Shown piece after piece: positions 58,124-64,000 of a stretch of DNA of 64,000 nucleotides (position 1 is its first letter; each line of letters begins with the position of its first letter). A program made the translations under genes and the position numbers. The DNA is taken from contig CAZMTL010000002.1 of the NCBI GenBank assembly GCA_964569575.1, forward strand, positions 19,618-83,617, given 5' to 3'. Origin of the DNA: an uncultured Gammaproteobacteria bacterium. Lineage in GTDB: Bacteria; Patescibacteriota; Patescibacteriia; UBA9934. The notes beneath the pieces are model-generated. The model had not been told where the DNA came from. It made no database searches and saw nothing but the letters and a program-made list of their open reading frames with translations.

Positions 58124-61100
58124 TTATCGTGGCGAAACAAGAATCACTCCATCAAACTCTATCCAAGGGTCAATGCCAGGCTCTAAAACATCCGGAAAAG
58201 CTTGATAATCACACTGTACGCGTTCCGTTGGATCAGTACCTAGCCCGGCTGTACTGTTCGTATCCACCGTCCCCTCAAAACATCCATCCTCTCCATTACA
58301 CGTTCCTGCACACCATCCCCAGTTATCACGAACGTGAACTTTTGGCTTAAATGCACATTGTGCAGTATCGCCTTCACCTACACGACAAGGCGTGTTTGAG
58401 TAGTCAGCGTTACACACCGACGTGCCAGGAAGAGTTACAGCGTTACAAGTATACGTATGCGTATACGATAGATAATTCTCACTACATGATTCGCTTGTTA
58501 ATCCCCATTCGGAGTTAAGTGAACACAGCGTTGTGGATTCGTCACCTTGCACCAATCCACGGTGATTTCGGAAGAAGTTGTCTTCTGAAGGTGACCCACT
58601 TTCATCACCATCACCCCAATCCACAATCACACGTCGAATCGGCAACTGATCAGGCAACGCGAAGGCAAAGAAGTTTGCTGTTACTCGCAAGAATCCGCCC
58701 TGTCCGATAACCGTTCCAGAATTTTGACCATTTACGGTAATTGTATCTTCCTGACCTTCTTCACACAAATCCCCGAAACATCGATCCGTATTCAATCCTC
58801 GAACGCGCGGAGGACCACCTTGAGCCGCACGCACATCCCACAGCGCTCGATCAGCCTCTGCCAATTCACCTCCAAGAGAATCCTCGACAGTGTACTCAGG
58901 AGCATACTCAGTAGATTGCCAGTTCGCTGCCGGCGTAATCAAATCTTGAGTCCAAGTAAACCAATCCTGAGTGTCCGGAAGGTTCAAACTAGCAAACATC
59001 TGCGTCGCACGGGCATAGAAGTTGTTTGCTGGATTTGCCTCGACAGTCCAGAAATCAACCAGGTCATCGAAAGCTACATCTTCGTAATCATAACCGAAAT
59101 CCATCAACGATGAGATTTCAGGATCTGAAGGAACATGGCCGTCTACTCCATAAAACAGCGCACCACTCTCCATTTCTTCGTATGGGTACACACAGTTTAC
59201 TGTCGTAGGGGCCGCAAGATCATTCAACCAAGCACTTTCTTCAGAAGAACTTTGGAAACTTGTTGAAGCAGTACTAGAAGTTGTATCAAAATTAATATTC
59301 GAATCGTACACAGGTGCATTTGGCAATGGAGTTCCTGGAGCAAACTCATTGTCTGCCTTATTCGCGATACACGCACCGATTCTTAACGGAGCTTTTTCAA
59401 GTAAAGTATCCGAAGCATTAATAGCGGAAGGCGAATACTTCGCGGCACCTGCAATATTATCTGCTCCAAAAGAATAATTCATTCGAGGATTATTCGATGC
59501 AATTACGCCGCCTTGGAAAAGCTTATTTGTAAACGCATATCCCTCCCCAGAAGACGAAGACACTTGCAATAAATCTTTACAGGCAGGATAAACATCAAGA
59601 TTGATATAAGCATGTCGATAACGTCGGTTTGCTGTTATTGCAACATCTTCGTTTGTACGGAAATCATAAATGCTATCCAACTGATCCGCCGCAACACCTG
59701 GAAGCACACAATCCTGATAAGCATTCAACACAGCACTAAACGCTTGAATCTGCTGCGCACCTCCATCATTGCGATCATTCAAAGGCTGACTAGTAGCTGC
59801 CCATGTATAAACCTCGTTGCCAAAGTTACTAGTACGAACACCACCATTAATAGCAGATTCGGCACCTTGTAGACCGTCTATCGCGGCAGCCACAGCATCA
59901 TCTGAGCTTGGCGCAAGACATTCACGCTGCTCCAGATTTTCATTCGCCTCGGATGCATGGAAAGAATTTTTCGGAATACAGGCGTATGGACAATCGTTAT
60001 CAGAACCATCTCCGGCACACATACCTGCGGCACCACCAAAATTCGCATTTGGTGCTGGCTGACCCACCACGGCGAAATATCCTTCAGGACAAGCTGCATT
60101 CTGCCAACAACCATCAGCATTAGAAGTAAGTCTTTGATAACTATTATTGACGTTGACTCCTTGAACTCCTGGAGCTTCTGCACAGGCAACGCCTGGCTGA
60201 TTCGCATTATTCGACAACTGAATATCACTCGTCCTCAAATTCGCGAACAGGCGAACGTCTGAACACACGAATGTGTCTTCGAAGAATCCGGCTGTTTTGT
60301 ATTTTGCGTACAAATCAGTTGTTCCCTGCAATTGATCTACTGGGTACCAAGTAATACATGCTCCAACATCTGTTGTTCCATCAATATTAATTGACGTATC
60401 ACGCTCCAAACAGAATCCTTCCATTCCATAGAGGGTATCGAGTCGGTTAATTGGCTGACAAACGGCTCCAGAATCAACATCTCCACAGTCAGTGTCTTCG
60501 GTACAAATCGAACCAGCAAGCGCTCCACCGCTACACACTCCAGAATACGGAGTTGTTGAATCGTATGGATCTGTATCCAAATCTAAGTACGCAAATTGAT
60601 TACTCGAATCCGAAATCTTCACATACGAACACATACAGTCTTCACCCGGCGCGCAGAAATTCGCATTTTCGTAGCCGGAAACTGTCGAGAACGGCGAAAC
60701 AGAAGATTGATTTAGACCACCGCCAACAATTGGATCACCAACTTCCGACGACGACTTAGGCACGCCATCTTTTCCAATCCATTGTGTAACAAGCGAAGAA
60801 TCAAACGGACTTGTCGCTTCTGGATATGCGCGACAAATATGAACTTCACCGCTATCTTCCGCGATTTGCTCACCATCTACTCCCACAACACAACTATCGC
60901 GGTAGCAAGTTCCTTCCGTAGTCGCAACCGACTGGAAACACACGCCCGCTCCACACGATCCATTAATACACGTTCCCGCCAAACTACAATCTCCCACATC
61001 GTTATAACAAGTTCCGGCAACAAACACCTGACCAGCCGAACAATCTGCTTGGCTGTCGGCACCCGTTGATCCAACTGAATAATATTCACCAATAATACAA

Positions 61101-64000
61101 CTTCCACCACCCGCGCCACATTGACCATCGCCCGCACACGGCGAACCAGTTTCTGAACAATACCCAACCGTACAACTATCTCCATGGTTCAATCCAGCAG
61201 AACACGAACCAGCATCAAAGGCGAGTCGGTAATCTTCTTCCGGATTCGATCCACATACAAGCGTCGAACCGCAGTCTGCATCCGTTTCACAAACAGTCAC
61301 CTCACCATTGAAAACAAACGGAGTACCACTTACGCTCAGACAAATTTGAGCCGGCGCGATATTCACCTGATCCAAATGTTGAACTGGGTAAGAATTCGGC
61401 AATGAATAACCAGAATATTCTTCCCCATACCAACCAACATTTCGCGCTGCGTATCGATTAACATCCAACACAACCGCAGGATCGTTAATAACCGGATTGA
61501 TACATCCTTCTTCATTCGACTCCGAACACAAGGTAAGTCCAGATGAAATTTCGCGCCACGCGCCGATTGATTGATCAAACACCGGGCGAGTATCACTTGG
61601 TGCCAACCATTCACTACATTCACGATCGCGATTCACCTTCAACACGCGATTTGTATCGTTCTGCAATCGAGGAACAGCCTGAGTAGCAAATGTTCCTGAA
61701 GGATCAACCAATGACGTTTCACACGTTCCGCTCACCAAATCGCCTGTAAACGATTCGACTGGCAAACAATCTGTATCTACATAACAAGAACCACCAAGCG
61801 TGTATAAGTCAGAAGCTGAACTCGAGCTAAACGAAGGCTGCAATCGCGAACGATCGTACACACATCGCTGTGCACACAAATCCACAACCTCACCTGTCGA
61901 AGTCGTCATCAAACTGCTGCCAGACGAACAATCAACCGGGTCTACCAAATCAAACGGCTGACCACCGGTAAACGCATCTGCATGTTCACTCTTCACCAAC
62001 GTCGCGCTTGCGTTAAACGTAAGTGAAGTATTCCCCGTATCTTCAAACAACACACAACCAAGCGTTTGGCTCACGCGCCCATTACATCGCTCGCTCGAAA
62101 GCAATGTTGTGTCGTCCAAACTGTCGTCGTCGAGGAAGTAATACGAAGCACCCGAATTTGGCGTTGCATATTCAGTCGCACTCGCGACATCCAATGTATC
62201 AATAAATTCACTACATCCATCTTCTCCTTCCGGACATGTCCCAACCCAACCAGAGTAAGAAGCATCCCCATTTCGCCACACTCCCGCATCCGTGCCACCG
62301 ATCAAATAATTACTCTGAGTCACTCGACACGTACCAGCTCCAGCAGCCGCACATTCCGAATCGAGAGAACACGAAATGCCCGTGTTGTCCGAACAAACAC
62401 CTGTCCCGTAACAGAAATTTGTCGTTCCAGTTCTAAACCACCCATTATACTGAACACCATTCACCGACACATTTTCTTTGTATTCACACGTCTTCGCAAG
62501 CGGATTTCGGAAATACCAAGTTCCTTCGCTTCCAGCGCTCCATTCTTCACAGAACAACGATTCGTCATCACACAAAATATCGGCATACCGATCCGGGTCA
62601 TTCAATACAAATGTCGACTGCCATTCTTCCACCACCGATTGATCGGCGCTCAATTTTGGCAATGCCACTTCTTCACAACCAGCGACTCCGGCAGCACACG
62701 TATACGAAGCATCGTACACGGCATACACCACATGATCTTGTGGAACAACCTGCGTATGCGCGTCATAAGAAATATGCGCGTAGGCACCTGAACCTAATTG
62801 GAAATCTGGAAGATAATACTCAAGATCAAACTGACAAGAAGAAGCTCCTGGCGCAATATCACACGCTTTCGGAGAATTTAAATCGTAACCAGTACCAACA
62901 GTCTGCAAATGACACGCAGTTCGAGTCGAAACCGGCAATCCGTTCAACGTAGAACACGTAGCATTAAACACCTGAGCATTTACCGCTACTGAATTTGAAG
63001 TGTCATAAAACGCTCGACATCCCACCATATCGTCTCCACACAATCGCGAGAACGACTTCAAGAAATGCGTATTATTCAACTGATCTGTATATTCCTGACA
63101 TCCAAGCTGGAATTGCGGCACCACCTGACCTTCAAAATTTTCGTCACACATCGCCGGAGTCACCCAAGAATCACGAATAATTGTGATATTCGATTCACCT
63201 TCTCGCAAAATTACGTTATCGATATAAAACTCACTTGCCGTCGTAGGATCGAAGGAAAGAATAGTACCGACATCAAAATTCGCTGCTTGCGCCGCAGACA
63301 ACACAACCGGACCAACGCTATAACGTTCCCATGCCGGCGAAAGCTGCAGATCATCCGCAAACACCGCATCAACTCCAGGGCCATTCACCGTATTATTGAA
63401 GACCACGTCCATTGCCCCATTTCCTTTTGCCCAGAATGTAAGTGTGTACGTTTTTCCAGCAAAAATTTCATTATTCAACACTCCACAATATTGCTGACCA
63501 TTTACTACCGTACAGTTTCCACCAAGCGTACCAGTCGGACTCGCGCAACCAGCTGGATCGGTACACGCCGAACCAAGGTTAAATACATGGGTAGAAACAG
63601 TGACTCCGCCAGTTGAATAAAGCGACTGCCCTCCTGCCGCCACTGATTCATTACTCAACGTAACCGCCGTTGCGCTCGCTGCTGTCCAGTTTGTTAAATC
63701 AATTTCAAAATTATCATTCAATACCACGCGACTATTCCGACTCTGACCACCCGTATATTCGCGACATCCGTTTTCGGCCGCCGAACACACAGCACTTTCG
63801 GTCGAAAGACCAAAGTACAAACACGCATTCGTTGCTGTATCGAAATATCCACCCGAACCAGAACAGTTCGCGGCTCCATCATCAATCGCGTCCGCATTCG
63901 AATCCGATCCCAATCCAGCCAAATCCGTCTTTCGATACACCGTACAGCTATTATCAACACTCACCGTATTTCGCCAATCGCGATAGTGAATATTTCCAAG
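58124..64000 (-). CDS. Giant (>1,950 aa) Cys-rich, Gly/Thr/Asn/Asp-rich secreted/surface protein; 5' end lies beyond the window
   Basis: Single uninterrupted minus-strand frame from the window end to 58124; very high Cys content (CxxGxC-type spacing recurring); no TM in the visible part; track start at 63964 is probably internal. Confidence 0.7.
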   Translation of the reverse strand, partial: LGNIHYRDWRNTVSVDNSCTVYRKTDLAGLGSDSNADAIDDGAANCSGSGGYFDTATNACLYFGLSTESAVCSAAENGCREYTGGQSRNSRVVLNDNFEIDLTNWTAASATAVTLSNESVAAGGQSLYSTGGVTVSTHVFNLGSACTDPAGCASPTGTLGGNCTVVNGQQYCGVLNNEIFAGKTYTLTFWAKGNGAMDVVFNNTVNGPGVDAVFADDLQLSPAWERYSVGPVVLSAAQAANFDVGTILSFDPTTASEFYIDNVILREGESNITIIRDSWVTPAMCDENFEGQVVPQFQLGCQEYTDQLNNTHFLKSFSRLCGDDMVGCRAFYDTSNSVAVNAQVFNATCSTLNGLPVSTRTACHLQTVGTGYDLNSPKACDIAPGASSCQFDLEYYLPDFQLGSGAYAHISYDAHTQVVPQDHVVYAVYDASYTCAAGVAGCEEVALPKLSADQSVVEEWQSTFVLNDPDRYADILCDDESLFCEEWSAGSEGTWYFRNPLAKTCEYKENVSVNGVQYNGWFRTGTTNFCYGTGVCSDNTGISCSLDSECAAAGAGTCRVTQSNYLIGGTDAGVWRNGDASYSGWVGTCPEGEDGCSEFIDTLDVASATEYATPNSGASYYFLDDDSLDDTTLLSSERCNGRVSQTLGCVLFEDTGNTSLTFNASATLVKSEHADAFTGGQPFDLVDPVDCSSGSSLMTTSTGEVVDLCAQRCVYDRSRLQPSFSSSSASDLYTLGGSCYVDTDCLPVESFTGDLVSGTCETSLVDPSGTFATQAVPRLQNDTNRVLKVNRDRECSEWLAPSDTRPVFDQSIGAWREISSGLTLCSESNEEGCINPVINDPAVVLDVNRYAARNVGWYGEEYSGYSLPNSYPVQHLDQVNIAPAQICLSVSGTPFVFNGEVTVCETDADCGSTLVCGSNPEEDYRLAFDAGSCSAGLNHGDSCTVGYCSETGSPCAGDGQCGAGGGSCIIGEYYSVGSTGADSQADCSAGQVFVAGTCYNDVGDCSLAGTCINGSCGAGVCFQSVATTEGTCYRDSCVVGVDGEQIAEDSGEVHICRAYPEATSPFDSSLVTQWIGKDGVPKSSSEVGDPIVGGGLNQSSVSPFSTVSGYENANFCAPGEDCMCSYVKISDSSNQFAYLDLDTDPYDSTTPYSGVCSGGALAGSICTEDTDCGDVDSGAVCQPINRLDTLYGMEGFCLERDTSINIDGTTDVGACITWYPVDQLQGTTDLYAKYKTAGFFEDTFVCSDVRLFANLRTSDIQLSNNANQPGVACAEAPGVQGVNVNNSYQRLTSNADGCWQNAACPEGYFAVVGQPAPNANFGGAAGMCAGDGSDNDCPYACIPKNSFHASEANENLEQRECLAPSSDDAVAAAIDGLQGAESAINGGVRTSNFGNEVYTWAATSQPLNDRNDGGAQQIQAFSAVLNAYQDCVLPGVAADQLDSIYDFRTNEDVAITANRRYRHAYINLDVYPACKDLLQVSSSSGEGYAFTNKLFQGGVIASNNPRMNYSFGADNIAGAAKYSPSAINASDTLLEKAPLRIGACIANKADNEFAPGTPLPNAPVYDSNINFDTTSSTASTSFQSSSEESAWLNDLAAPTTVNCVYPYEEMESGALFYGVDGHVPSDPEISSLMDFGYDYEDVAFDDLVDFWTVEANPANNFYARATQMFASLNLPDTQDWFTWTQDLITPAANWQSTEYAPEYTVEDSLGGELAEADRALWDVRAAQGGPPRVRGLNTDRCFGDLCEEGQEDTITVNGQNSGTVIGQGGFLRVTANFFAFALPDQLPIRRVIVDWGDGDESGSPSEDNFFRNHRGLVQGDESTTLCSLNSEWGLTSESCSENYLSYTHTYTCNAVTLPGTSVCNADYSNTPCRVGEGDTAQCAFKPKVHVRDNWGWCAGTCNGEDGCFEGTVDTNSTAGLGTDPTERVQCDYQAFPDVLEPGIDPWIEFDGVILVSPR

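Noticed and set aside
60000-63964. Numerous 60-240-aa ORFs on the plus strand and in other minus frames within the giant gene (for example 62066-62791, 63065-63616)
   Set aside because: Nested in a single continuous 5.8-kb frame; products low-complexity; shadow ORFs.

Overview
This 64 kb window looks like a small-genome bacterium, possibly Patescibacteria/CPR-like; that assignment is inference from gene content only. 

**Housekeeping core (1-13.6 kb, minus strand).** An uninterrupted str/S10/spc ribosomal block in canonical order: rpsL-rpsG-fusA-[YefM-like insert]-tuf-rpsJ-rplC-rplD-rplW-rplB-rpsS-rplV-rpsC-rplP-rpmC-rpsQ-rplN-rplX-rplE. rplE is truncated at the window edge. It is followed by an M50 protease and murA.

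**Housekeeping and envelope genes (13.6-39 kb).** ndk, a comEC gene split into two overlapping frames at an A-run, ugd, a SprT-like peptidase and glmM. Then lemA-htpX-clpC. Then an envelope operon: Q-rich membrane protein, TolB-like beta-propeller, DsbA-like protein, and a VirB2-pilin-like::M15-peptidase fusion, followed by radA. Then recG, three tRNAs (Arg-GCG, Ser-TGA, Ser-GCT), an MFS transporter, and a flavin module: RnfD-like::FNR-like fusion, ApbE and an FMN-binding protein.

**Accessory part (39-64 kb).**
- A minus-strand, Gram-positive-style minimal type IV secretion-like cluster: comFC, a VirB8-like bitopic protein, VirB4 split into two translationally coupled ORFs, a PrgI/VirB3-like protein, a 774-aa unknown, a VirB6-like polytopic protein and an M23 peptidase.
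- A four-gene cluster of two class II aaRS catalytic-domain paralogues (AsnRS/AspRS-like and AlaRS-like), an MccF/LdcA-type S66 peptidase and a SAM methyltransferase. This is my top candidate for an undescribed system: an aminoacyl-adenylate-type metabolite with self-immunity.
- The start of a giant (>1,950 aa) Cys-rich surface protein.

**Composition.** Four conspicuously GC-rich patches (13.66-14.95 kb, 43.96-44.69 kb, 49.99-52.45 kb, 57.2-58.1 kb) look foreign relative to the rest.

**Caveat.** All assignments are by-eye motif recognition from the supplied translations. No database search was run. Coordinates I derived myself may be off by 1-2 nt.
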